From contig VGVQ01000010.1 of NCBI GenBank assembly GCA_016874005.1, forward strand, positions 67,815 to 131,814: a DNA stretch of 64,000 nt. The letters are read 5' to 3'. The first letter of the stretch is position 1. The number at the start of each line of letters is the position of its first letter. This document shows positions 38,463-46,650 of the stretch, one piece after another. Under the pieces are notes generated by a model. That model ran no database searches, was not told the DNA's origin, and worked only from the letters and a program-made list of their open reading frames with translations. This DNA is from Gemmatimonadota bacterium. Lineage in GTDB: Bacteria > Gemmatimonadota > Gemmatimonadetes > Gemmatimonadales > GWC2-71-9. The position numbers were made by a program, and so were the translations under genes.

Positions 38463-38544
38463 GCGAACGTGGCGAAACTGGCAGACGCGCAGGACTTAGG
38501 ATCCTGTCCCTTACGGGGTGCGGGTTCGACTCCCGCCGTTCGCA
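38463..38544 (+). tRNA. tRNA-Leu, anticodon UAG (class II, long variable arm)
   Basis: Hand-folded. The acceptor stem is GCGAACG/CGTTCGC. The D arm is GCG-AAACTGGCAGA-CGC. The anticodon stem CAGGA/TCCTG has loop CT-TAG-GA. The variable arm is TCCCTTACGGGGT, the T arm is GCGGG-TTCGACT-CCCGC, and the discriminator is A. CCA is not encoded. Confidence 0.9.
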
Positions 38545-38584
38545 TTCGACGCTCCGTACTTCGGGTGATAGCCGGAGGCCATCC

Positions 38585-38860
38585 ATGGATGAGTTGGCGA
38601 CCTCGATCGGCGGGTTCGGTTCGACGGTGCTGCGCTTGGCCATTGTGGGCATCGTGGTGGTCAATGCCCTGGCCGCGGCTGTGGTCTTTCTCACCAGAGA
38701 CCGTGCCTTGGTCAATCGATGGACCCCGCGCCTCCTGGCGGCGAACCTCTTTTTGATCGGTGCTGGCGCCGGGATTCCGATCGCGGCCCAGGCCCTCAAG
38801 CTGGTGGTGAAGGCCGCCGCCGCGTCCCAGTCCACCGAAATCCGCGTCCAGGCGGAGTAG
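38585..38860 (+). CDS. small hypothetical membrane protein (2 predicted TM helices)
   Basis: 91-aa ORF with an ATG start. Hydrophobic segments are VLRLAIVGIVVVNALAAAVVFL and LLAANLFLIGAGAGIPIAAQAL. No homology evidence. Confidence 0.4.
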   Translation: MDELATSIGGFGSTVLRLAIVGIVVVNALAAAVVFLTRDRALVNRWTPRLLAANLFLIGAGAGIPIAAQALKLVVKAAAASQSTEIRVQAE

Positions 38861-38953
38861 CAAGGCAGGCATAAGCCCCTATCCCCTGGCGACTTACGCC
38901 AGGGGCCCCCGAGGATGCCCCGGGGCCCCCGCCCGGTTACCTTTGTCCCAGCC

Positions 38954-40201
38954 ATGACAGAAATCACCGTTACCAAGACCGCCGAGGACGCGGCGTCCCG
39001 AGCCTTCCGAGTCAGCGTCCCCGTCGACCGCGTTCACGCCGCAGAGAAGCGGGCCCTGGCCGAGTACACCAAGCGGGCTCGAATCCCTGGGTTCCGACCC
39101 GGCAAGGCACCGGGCGAGGTGGTCCGAAAGCGGTTCGGCGACGCCATCAAACAGTGGATCGTCGAGGAGGTCGTTCGGGAAGGTTGGGAGAAGGCCCGCA
39201 CGGACCAGGACCTCAAGCCGGTCAACGACCCGTCGATCAGGAATCTCAAGTTCGAAGACGGCCAGCCGATGGAGTTCGAGGTGGTCGTCGAAGTGAAGCC
39301 CGAGATCCAGCTGACGAGGCTCGGCGGCTTTGAAGTCGAGCGGCGGGTGCCCCCGGTCACCGACCAGCAGGTTGGCGAACAACTCGACCAGCTCCGAGAG
39401 AGCCGAGCAGCCTGGCTCCCAGTCGAAGGTCAGCCACCGGTCGAGGGGAACATGGTCCGGGTCGACGTCGCCGCGATCGAGGCGGATGGCGTCCAGAAGC
39501 CGCAATCGTACACCGTGGTCATTGGCCAAGGGCAGACGGTCGCCGCGCTCGAAGAGCAGTTCCTCAAGATGCAGCCTGGCGAGGTGGCCGAGACCGAGAT
39601 CAAGTTCCCGGAGGACCACCCCGACCCCGCTCGGCGCGGTACCTCGCGACGGGTTCAGGTCACCCTTCACGAGGTCAAACGCCAGGAATTGCCGCCGCTG
39701 GACGATGACTTCGCGAAATCGATGGGCGATTTCGAGGATTTGGACGCCCTCCGAGCCGTCGTTCGGTCGGACTTGGCCCGAGCCGCCGAGCGGGAAGCGG
39801 ACGCCGGGGTTCGGGAGCAACTGCTCCAGCAGGTGATCGAGGCCAACGGAATTGCGGCCCCGCCGTCGCTGGTCGACCGGGCCCTCCATGCCTATTTGCA
39901 CGCCTACAACATTCCCCACGAACGGGCCGAGGCGTTCTACGGTGAGTTCCGGCCCGTCGCGGAAGGTCAGGTCAAACGGGAGCTGGCCCTGGGAGCCATC
40001 GCCGAGGGGCAGAAGCTCTTCTGCACCGAGGCCGACCTCGACGCCCGGATCGCCGCCTTGGCCGCGGCTCGGGGCACCAGCCCCAACGAGGTCTACGCCC
40101 AGCTCGAGAAGGCCAAGCGGCTAGCTGAGCTGGAACGAGGCATCACCGAGGAGAAGGTGTTCGAGTTCCTCAAATCGCAGTCGACCGTCAAGGAGGCGTA
40201 A
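38954..40201 (+). CDS. tig: trigger factor
   Basis: ATG at 38954 ([23 protein letters not shown]...). The ribosome-binding signature is [10 protein letters not shown]. The position upstream of clpP-clpX is the conserved arrangement. Confidence 0.93.
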   Translation: MTEITVTKTAEDAASRAFRVSVPVDRVHAAEKRALAEYTKRARIPGFRPGKAPGEVVRKRFGDAIKQWIVEEVVREGWEKARTDQDLKPVNDPSIRNLKFEDGQPMEFEVVVEVKPEIQLTRLGGFEVERRVPPVTDQQVGEQLDQLRESRAAWLPVEGQPPVEGNMVRVDVAAIEADGVQKPQSYTVVIGQGQTVAALEEQFLKMQPGEVAETEIKFPEDHPDPARRGTSRRVQVTLHEVKRQELPPLDDDFAKSMGDFEDLDALRAVVRSDLARAAEREADAGVREQLLQQVIEANGIAAPPSLVDRALHAYLHAYNIPHERAEAFYGEFRPVAEGQVKRELALGAIAEGQKLFCTEADLDARIAALAAARGTSPNEVYAQLEKAKRLAELERGITEEKVFEFLKSQSTVKEA

Positions 40202-40205
40202 CGTC

Positions 40206-40820
40206 GTGAGCCAGATGCTCTACCCCCCTTATATCATCGAACGGTCGCCCCGGGGCGAGCGGACCTACGACATCTTCTCGCGGCTCTTGATGGACCGGAT
40301 CGTGTTTCTCGGGGCCGCCATCAACGATGACGTCGCCAACATCATCATTGCCCAGCTGCTCTTTCTCGACGCCGACAATCCCGAGAAAGACATCTACATG
40401 TACATCAATTCTCCGGGCGGCCACGTCCACAGCGGCATTGCCATCTACGACACCATGCAACACCTCCGGGCGCCGGTGAACACCATCTGCATGGGGATGG
40501 CGGCCTCGATGGGCGCCTTCCTCCTGGCCACCGGGGCCAAAGGGAAGCGAGCGGCCCTGCCCCACGCCCGGATCATGATCCACCAGCCGTCCGGCGGCTC
40601 CCAGGGCACCGCGGCCGACATCGAGATCGCGGCTCGGGAGATCCTCCACACCCGGTCGCTCATGAACAAGCTGTTCTCGCAGCACACCGGTCAGCCGATG
40701 GAGGTCATCGAGCGCGACTCGGACCGTGACCGGTACATGTCCGCGGAAGAGGCGAAAGCCTACGGGATCATCGACCAGATCTTCGAACCGAAGCAGGTTC
40801 CGGCCCCGGTCGCGGTCTGA
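40206..40820 (+). CDS. clpP: ATP-dependent Clp protease proteolytic subunit
   Basis: [34 protein letters not shown] (Ser), RIMIHQP (His) and ERDSDRD (Asp). The start is GTG 40206 or ATG 40215. Confidence 0.97.
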   Translation: MSQMLYPPYIIERSPRGERTYDIFSRLLMDRIVFLGAAINDDVANIIIAQLLFLDADNPEKDIYMYINSPGGHVHSGIAIYDTMQHLRAPVNTICMGMAASMGAFLLATGAKGKRAALPHARIMIHQPSGGSQGTAADIEIAAREILHTRSLMNKLFSQHTGQPMEVIERDSDRDRYMSAEEAKAYGIIDQIFEPKQVPAPVAV

Positions 40821-40877
40821 TCCAGGTATCGTAACTCTAAAGAAGACAACATGATAGGTCGTTCGTAACGAGTGACT

Positions 40878-40913
40878 CCCCGGGCCGCAAGGGCCTTGAC
40901 GCCAAGCCCGGGG
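40878..40913 (+). other. hairpin in the clpP-clpX spacer (8-bp GC stem, 20-nt loop), preceded by an unusually AT-rich segment
   Basis: CCCCGGGC (40878-40885) pairs with GCCCGGGG (40906-40913). The segment 40824-40870 (GGTATCGTAACTCTAAAGAAGACAACATGATAGGTCGTTCGTAACG) is far more AT-rich than its surroundings. Role unknown (attenuator or internal promoter). Confidence 0.3.
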
Positions 40914-40964
40914 TTGGACCACCTTTGAGGTGCGGGGCCGTTTCGTACCCTGACCCGAGCCGAC

Positions 40965-42215
40965 ATGTCCAACGACAAGCACCTCCGCTGCTCATTCTGC
41001 GGCAAGTCGAAGGATTCGGTCCGAAAGTTCATCTCGGGCCCGTCGGTCTATATCTGCAACGAGTGCATTACCCTCTGCAACGAAATCCTGGCCGAAGACG
41101 AAGAGCGGGAGGTGGTGGATAACATCACCCACGTCCCGACGCCGACCGAGATCAAGGGCGTCCTCGATCAGTACGTCATCGGCCAGGAACGCGCCAAGCG
41201 GACCCTGGCCGTCGCGGTCTATAACCACTACAAACGAATCAACGCCGCCCAGGGGCGCGATGGCCAAGTCGAGCTGGACAAGTCGAACATCCTCCTCCTC
41301 GGCCCGACCGGCGTGGGCAAAACCCTCCTGGCCCAGACGCTGGCCCGGATCCTGGACGTCCCCTTCACTATCGCCGACGCCACGACCCTGACCGAAGCGG
41401 GGTACGTCGGCGAGGACGTCGAGAACATCCTGGTGCGGCTCCTTCAGGCCGGCGAGTTCGACGTCGCCGAGTGCGAGCGCGGAATCGTCTACATCGACGA
41501 GATCGACAAGATCGCTCGCAAGTCGGAGAACCCGAGTATCACCCGCGACGTCTCGGGCGAAGGGGTCCAGCAGGCGCTCCTCAAGATCCTCGAAGGCACG
41601 GTGGCGTCCGTTCCGCCTCAGGGCGGCCGGAAGCATCCGCAGCAGGAATACATCCAGATCAACACCAAGGACATCCTCTTCATCTGCGGGGGGGCGTTCG
41701 ACGGTCTCGAGAAGGTCATCCAGAACCGGCTCGGCCGCCAAACCATCGGGTTCTCGACCGCGAGCGGCGTCGAGGGCCCCCGCGACATCGACCGGAAAAA
41801 CCCCTTCGCCCAAGTGGAGCCGGACGATCTCCTTCGTTTTGGGTTGATCCCGGAGCTGGTGGGCCGACTGCCGGTGGCCGTGGCTCTCGAGTCGCTCGAT
41901 GAAGACTCCCTGGTCCGGATCCTGGTCGAGCCCAAGAACTCCCTCACCAAGCAATACACCAAGTTGTTCGAGTTGGAGGACGTCGGCCTCACCTTCGACC
42001 AGGAGGCCCTCCGGGCGGTGGCACGCAAGGCCCTGAAGCGAGGCACCGGGGCCCGCGGACTCCGGTCGATCCTGGAGACGGTGATGACCGATATCATGTT
42101 CGAGTTGCCGACTCGAGACGACGTGATCGAGGTCGTCATCACTCCGGAGTCGATCAACGAGAATTCCGGCCCCCTGGTGGTCACGGAGCAGCGCCGGGTC
42201 GCCAAAGAGGCGTGA
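40965..42215 (+). CDS. clpX: ATP-dependent Clp protease ATP-binding subunit ClpX
   Basis: Zinc-finger N-terminus CSFCGKS....CNEC, Walker A GPTGVGKT, Walker B VYIDEIDK and GARGLRSI. Confidence 0.98.
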   Translation: MSNDKHLRCSFCGKSKDSVRKFISGPSVYICNECITLCNEILAEDEEREVVDNITHVPTPTEIKGVLDQYVIGQERAKRTLAVAVYNHYKRINAAQGRDGQVELDKSNILLLGPTGVGKTLLAQTLARILDVPFTIADATTLTEAGYVGEDVENILVRLLQAGEFDVAECERGIVYIDEIDKIARKSENPSITRDVSGEGVQQALLKILEGTVASVPPQGGRKHPQQEYIQINTKDILFICGGAFDGLEKVIQNRLGRQTIGFSTASGVEGPRDIDRKNPFAQVEPDDLLRFGLIPELVGRLPVAVALESLDEDSLVRILVEPKNSLTKQYTKLFELEDVGLTFDQEALRAVARKALKRGTGARGLRSILETVMTDIMFELPTRDDVIEVVITPESINENSGPLVVTEQRRVAKEA

Positions 42216-42802
42216 CCCGGCTCGCCCAACAGCCGGTCGAGTTCGTCGGCAGCTTCCCTGATCCAAAGCAGGTACTCGCCCCGTCGCTCCCCGAGATCGC
42301 GGTCATCGGCCGTTCCAACGTCGGAAAATCCAGCCTGATCAACGCGTTGGCGGGCCGCAAGATTGCCCGGACCAGCGGCACACCCGGCAAGACCCAGCTC
42401 CTGAACGCGTTCCGGTTTCCTGGTTTCTACTTGATCGACTTGCCCGGGTATGGATATGCGCGGCTGTCACTGGCTGAGCGACACCGCCTGCGGACGCTCG
42501 TTGCCGGAGTCGTGGAGCGGCGCTCCACGCTCCGAGCGGTGCTGTGGCTGCTCGATGTGCGACACCCACCCTCCGCTGACGATCTCGGGATCCGCGACCT
42601 GCTGGCGGACACTGGCCGGGAGACGATCGTCGCCCTGACCAAGGCCGACAAGCTCCCCCGGGCACAGCTCCGCCGGGCGGTGGCAGCCCGGGCGGACGAG
42701 CTGGAGTTGGAGCGGGACGATCTCGTGGTCACCTCGAGCGCCAAGGGCGACGGGATCGGCGAACTGGACGAGTTGATTCAAGACGCCATGGGCACCAGCT
42801 GA
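42212..42802 (+). CDS. engB: ribosome-biogenesis GTPase YihA/EngB
   Basis: The GTG start overlaps the clpX stop (GTGA). G1 is [15 protein letters not shown]3 is DLPGYGYA and G4 is TKADKL. Confidence 0.9.
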   Translation: MTRLAQQPVEFVGSFPDPKQVLAPSLPEIAVIGRSNVGKSSLINALAGRKIARTSGTPGKTQLLNAFRFPGFYLIDLPGYGYARLSLAERHRLRTLVAGVVERRSTLRAVLWLLDVRHPPSADDLGIRDLLADTGRETIVALTKADKLPRAQLRRAVAARADELELERDDLVVTSSAKGDGIGELDELIQDAMGTS

Positions 42803-43530
42803 TGACGGCGGCGCTGATCGCCGCGGCCATCGGTGTGGTCGCCTTCCTCTACTCCGCCGTCGGGCACGCCGGGGCGTCGGGGTACATCGCGGTCCTCACC
42901 TTGGCTGGGCTTTCGGCGAGCGTGGTCCGGCCGACGGCGTTGGTCCTCAACGTCCTGGTCGCGGCGCTGGGCACCTGGCAGTTCTTCCGCGCCGGCCATT
43001 TTCGGTGGTCGCTGTTCTGGCCATTTGCCCTGCTCTCGGTTCCCGCGGCCTACCTCGGTGGTTCGATCGACGTCCCGACCGACCTGTTCAAGCGGATCGT
43101 CGGGGCGGTGCTGCTATTGTCGGCGGCCCGGTTCCTGACCCAGCTCCGCGACCCGGTCGCCCCGCGGGCTCCCTCATGGACTATTGCCGTGGGCGTGGGA
43201 GCCTTGCTCGGGTTCCTCGCTGGGCTGACCGGGACCGGCGGGGGGATATTCCTCACCCCGGTCATGCTCCTGGCCCATTGGGCCGGCACCAAGGAAACGG
43301 CCGCCGTGTCAGCCCCGTTCATCCTGGTAAACTCGATTGCCGGGCTGGCAGGGTTTCTCCAGACCGGCCAGCCCCTGCCGAGTTTCGCGCCGGCGCTCGC
43401 GGTGGTGGCGGTCGCGGCTGGGGGCCTCGGCTCCTATCTGGGGAGCCGCCGGTTCCCGGTCCGGACCATCCGGCTCCTCCTGGGCCTGGTGGTGACCTTC
43501 GCGGGTGCCAAGCTCGCTTTCGGTTGGTAA
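42802..43530 (+). CDS. TauE/SafE (DUF81) family sulfite/anion exporter-like membrane protein
   Basis: 242 aa with about 7-8 TM helices and a two-fold internal repeat. GxGGG-type motifs are present (LTGTGGGIFLTP). The start overlaps the engB stop (TGATG). Confidence 0.8.
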   Translation: MTAALIAAAIGVVAFLYSAVGHAGASGYIAVLTLAGLSASVVRPTALVLNVLVAALGTWQFFRAGHFRWSLFWPFALLSVPAAYLGGSIDVPTDLFKRIVGAVLLLSAARFLTQLRDPVAPRAPSWTIAVGVGALLGFLAGLTGTGGGIFLTPVMLLAHWAGTKETAAVSAPFILVNSIAGLAGFLQTGQPLPSFAPALAVVAVAAGGLGSYLGSRRFPVRTIRLLLGLVVTFAGAKLAFGW

Positions 43531-43567
43531 CTCGCACAACACACCAGGTTGCCCCACCCGCTCGCTG

Positions 43568-43810
43568 GTGATCGAGGTGTCGTCGGCTAACGCCGCCCGC
43601 TACGATCGGATCGTCAAACGGCCGGCGTTTCAGGACGCCGGTGTCGCCGAGTTCTGGATCGTCGACCTCGATGCGAGGCTGGTGGAGCGATGGCGGCCTG
43701 GCGACTCCCGACCGGAGATCGTGGTTCGTCGACTGACCTGGATGCCGCCCGGCGCCGCCACCCCGCTCGAGATCGACCTCGTCGCGTTTTTCGCCGAGCT
43801 GCTGGACTGA
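43568..43810 (+). pseudogene. C-terminal remnant of a Uma2-family (DUF820) endonuclease gene
   Basis: ...LVIEVSSANAARYDRIVKRPAFQDAGVAEFWIVDLDARLVERW... matches the family's C-terminal half (xVEVxSxS...D...K...Y...GVxEYWIVD). The N-terminal ~100 aa of the fold are absent, and the upstream part of the track ORF (43505-) overlaps tauE. Confidence 0.5.
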
Positions 43811-43862
43811 AGGCACTGCCGGCCCGCGCCGGCCCCGAGCTACCAGGCCGACCACTAGGCGA

Positions 43863-44309
43863 TCAGACCACTCGCAGGGTATCCTCGAGCAAGCCCGCGT
43901 CCCCGGTTCGAAGCAGCACGGCCAGATCGGCAATGGCCCGATGTGCTCGAGGCCAGGCGAGCACCATGTCGGCCCCGGCGATCGGCACCCAGCGCCAGGC
44001 ATCGTGCTCGCCCGAAAGGGTCGGCACCACGTCCGGGTGAATCCGCGCCGCGAAGGCGGGCACGATGGCCACTTGATCGAGTCGATGGAGATAAAACGAC
44101 TCCGCCCGACTCAAGTTGTAGACCCGTTCCGGGATGGCGCCGGTCTCCTCGCGGAGCTCGCGGACGGCCGCCTCGGCAACCGTCTCGCCCCGTTCCACAT
44201 GACCGTGAACGGCCTCCCAGGCGCCGGCGCAGCGCCCGGCGGAGCTGCGCCGCAACCCGAGAATCTCGATGCCGTCCGCGAGCAGCCGGAACGGGTAGAC
44301 ATCGACCAG
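43863..44309 (-). CDS. NUDIX hydrolase (NudB-like); no canonical start codon
   Basis: The Nudix box is GHVERGETVAEAAVRELREETG. Its N-terminal strand VDVYPFRLLADGIEILGLRR must be part of the fold. The only in-frame codons at that position are CTG (44307-44309) and ATC (44313-44315). The next ATG/GTG/TTG (the TTG in ILGLRR) would delete that strand. Confidence 0.7.
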   Translation of the reverse strand: MVDVYPFRLLADGIEILGLRRSSAGRCAGAWEAVHGHVERGETVAEAAVRELREETGAIPERVYNLSRAESFYLHRLDQVAIVPAFAARIHPDVVPTLSGEHDAWRWVPIAGADMVLAWPRAHRAIADLAVLLRTGDAGLLEDTLRVV

Positions 44310-44323
44310 ACGGATCTGGTCGG

Positions 44324-46555
44324 TCAGACCACCCGCCGGCGGCCGAGCGCGGTTTCGAGCCGCGCCGCGAGAGCCCGCGATCGGAACGGCTTGGTCAGGA
44401 AATCGTCGGCGCCGAGTTGAAGCACCCGCACCTCGTTGTCTTCGTCGCCCTTGGCCGTCAGCACGATCACCGGAAGGTTGCGGGTCGTCTCTCGGGAGCG
44501 CACCTGCGAGAGAACCGTGTAGCCGTCGACGCCCGGCAGATTCAAGTCGAGGATCACCAGGTCCGGATTGGTCCGGTCGATCTCGGCCAACGCGGCCGCC
44601 CCGTCGATCGCTTCGACGACGGTATACCCTTGGCGTTCGAGCAGGTCGCGCATCGCTTTGCGCAGTTGGTCCTCGTCGTCGACCAAGAGGATCACCGCGC
44701 CATTCCGGGTCACTTCGAACCGTGGCGGCGGCAACTCGGCGTCGTCGAGCAGCTCGAAGGCCGCGCCGCCGTCGATCGCGGGGACGGAGCCGGAATGCCT
44801 GGGGGTCGGCTCCGCCCGCGAGACACGCGATGGTGGCGACGCCGCGGGCTTCTCCGCCGCGACCGTCTCCTCCCGAGGCGGCTCGGTCACCCGGAGCAAC
44901 TCGTCGACCGACGTCTCGCCCGTCGCCACGTGCCGAAGCCCACTCTCGCACAACGATCGCATGCCGCTTTGCCGAGCGGCCTTGGCGAGCAGGTCCGCGG
45001 TCGCTCCCGAACTCACCAGCCGTTCCAGCTCGGGATTCATGACCATGATCTCGACGATCCCGAACCGCCCCCGGTAACCGGTCTGAGCGCAGTCGCCGCA
45101 GCCGACCGCCTTGAACCGTTGGGCGGTCGAAGACAAGTAGGCCTGCAGTCGAGCCGGGAGGTGGTCGCGATCCTCGATCCGGCAGTTGGGACACAGCCGC
45201 CGCATCAGTCGCTGGGCCACGATGCCCCGCAACGCCGACCCGATCTTGTATGCCTCCATCCCCATGTCGAGGAGCCGGGTGACGGTGTTGGGGGCGTCAT
45301 TGGTATGGAGCGTCGAGAGCACCAAGTGGCCGGTCAACGAGGCCTGGACCGCGATCTGGGCCGTCTCCCGGTCCCGGACCTCACCGATCAGCACCACGTC
45401 CGGATCCTGCCGGAGGATCGACCGGAGGGCGGCCGGGAAGATGAGGCCGGCCTTCTCGTTGATCTGAACCTGGACGATGCTCTGCCCGAGCCGATACTCC
45501 ACCGGATCTTCCAACATGACGATGTTGACGCCGGTGGCCTGGACCTCTCGGAGCGCGGCGTAGAGGGTCGTCGTCTTCCCGGACCCGGTCGGACCGGTCA
45601 CCAGGATGATCCCCTCCTTGTACTCGAGCAGGCTCCGGATCGTCTCCCGCTCGCCCTCGTCCAGTCCCAAGGCATCGATCGCCAGCAGGGTCGACCGGGT
45701 ATTGAGAATCCGGATGACCACCTTCTCGCCTAACGACGCCGGCAAGGTCGACACCCGGAGATCGACCGGGCTGCCGTTGACCGAAACCCGGCAGCGGCCA
45801 TCCTGGGGCCGGAGCCGATCGGCGATGTCCATCCCCGACATGATCTTGATCCGGGAGATGAGCGGGATCCCGGCCGACCGGGGGATCTTCATCACCTCGC
45901 GAAGGACCCCGTCGATCCGGTATCGGACGATCATCCCCGACTCCGACGATTCGACGTGGATGTCGCTGGCCCGACTGGTGATCCCATCGGCCAGGAGGGT
46001 ATCGACCAGCTTGATGATCGGCCGAGCCCGGGCCTCCTCGGCGCTCGCCGCGATCTCCTCGGGCTGGTCCGGCAGCTGAGTGACCTCGAGTTCCTCGGTG
46101 ATCCCGTCGAGGAGCCGCTCGACCAGATCGTCGGGCCGATACACCTCGTCGAGCTTCTCGCGGATCCGATTGGGAGAACAGAGGAACAACCGCACCTCGC
46201 GCCCCGTGGCGAACGCCAGCATCTTCTCGGCGTCCATGTCGAACGGATTCGAGGCCGCGACGTCGAACCGGCTATCGGTCAGCCTGAGGGGTACCACGTT
46301 GAACCGCCGAACCAGCTGCTCGGGAACCTGACTGGCGACGTCCGGACCGACCTGCCCGAGGTCGGCCACCGGCATCCGGAAGCGGGCCGCGACAGCGGCC
46401 AAGACGGCATCCTCCGCCGCCAGCCGGCGATCGAGGACCGCCTGCCACACCGACGCGCTTGGCCCTTCGGCTTGGTCCCGGATCGCCGCCAGCGCCTGCT
46501 CCGAAACCAGCGAGCTCAGGGCGGGCACAACCCATTCGTCAGCAAACGGCCGCAA
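44324..46555 (-). CDS. GspE/PilB-family secretion ATPase fused to a C-terminal response-regulator receiver (REC) domain
   Basis: The T2SSE_N-like N-domain has ...RFRMPVADL...VPEQLVRRFNVVPL. Walker A is VTGPTGSGKTTTLYA, with a Walker B/Asp box and GEVRD. The tetracysteine is CPNC....CGDC. A P/S/A-rich linker leads into the REC domain ILLVDDEDQLR...DLVILDLNLPGVDG...VIVLTAKGD...GADDFLTKPF. The TTG start at 46553-46555 is uncertain. Confidence 0.9.
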   Translation of the reverse strand: MRPFADEWVVPALSSLVSEQALAAIRDQAEGPSASVWQAVLDRRLAAEDAVLAAVAARFRMPVADLGQVGPDVASQVPEQLVRRFNVVPLRLTDSRFDVAASNPFDMDAEKMLAFATGREVRLFLCSPNRIREKLDEVYRPDDLVERLLDGITEELEVTQLPDQPEEIAASAEEARARPIIKLVDTLLADGITSRASDIHVESSESGMIVRYRIDGVLREVMKIPRSAGIPLISRIKIMSGMDIADRLRPQDGRCRVSVNGSPVDLRVSTLPASLGEKVVIRILNTRSTLLAIDALGLDEGERETIRSLLEYKEGIILVTGPTGSGKTTTLYAALREVQATGVNIVMLEDPVEYRLGQSIVQVQINEKAGLIFPAALRSILRQDPDVVLIGEVRDRETAQIAVQASLTGHLVLSTLHTNDAPNTVTRLLDMGMEAYKIGSALRGIVAQRLMRRLCPNCRIEDRDHLPARLQAYLSSTAQRFKAVGCGDCAQTGYRGRFGIVEIMVMNPELERLVSSGATADLLAKAARQSGMRSLCESGLRHVATGETSVDELLRVTEPPREETVAAEKPAASPPSRVSRAEPTPRHSGSVPAIDGGAAFELLDDAELPPPRFEVTRNGAVILLVDDEDQLRKAMRDLLERQGYTVVEAIDGAAALAEIDRTNPDLVILDLNLPGVDGYTVLSQVRSRETTRNLPVIVLTAKGDEDNEVRVLQLGADDFLTKPFRSRALAARLETALGRRRVV

Positions 46556-46650
46556 AATCGAGGTCTCCGGCTGCTTCGTGAATCCGACTGCCCCTAAACT
46601 TGGGGCCGCCAGGCGCTTGAGGGTAGGTCAACAGTTGTCGCGAAGAAAGC

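Noticed and set aside
38463-38900. tRNA-Leu as a possible genomic-island integration site.
   Set aside because: No integrase, direct repeat of the tRNA 3' end, or foreign-looking genes follow it. The next genes are a small membrane ORF and the conserved tig-clpP-clpX block.
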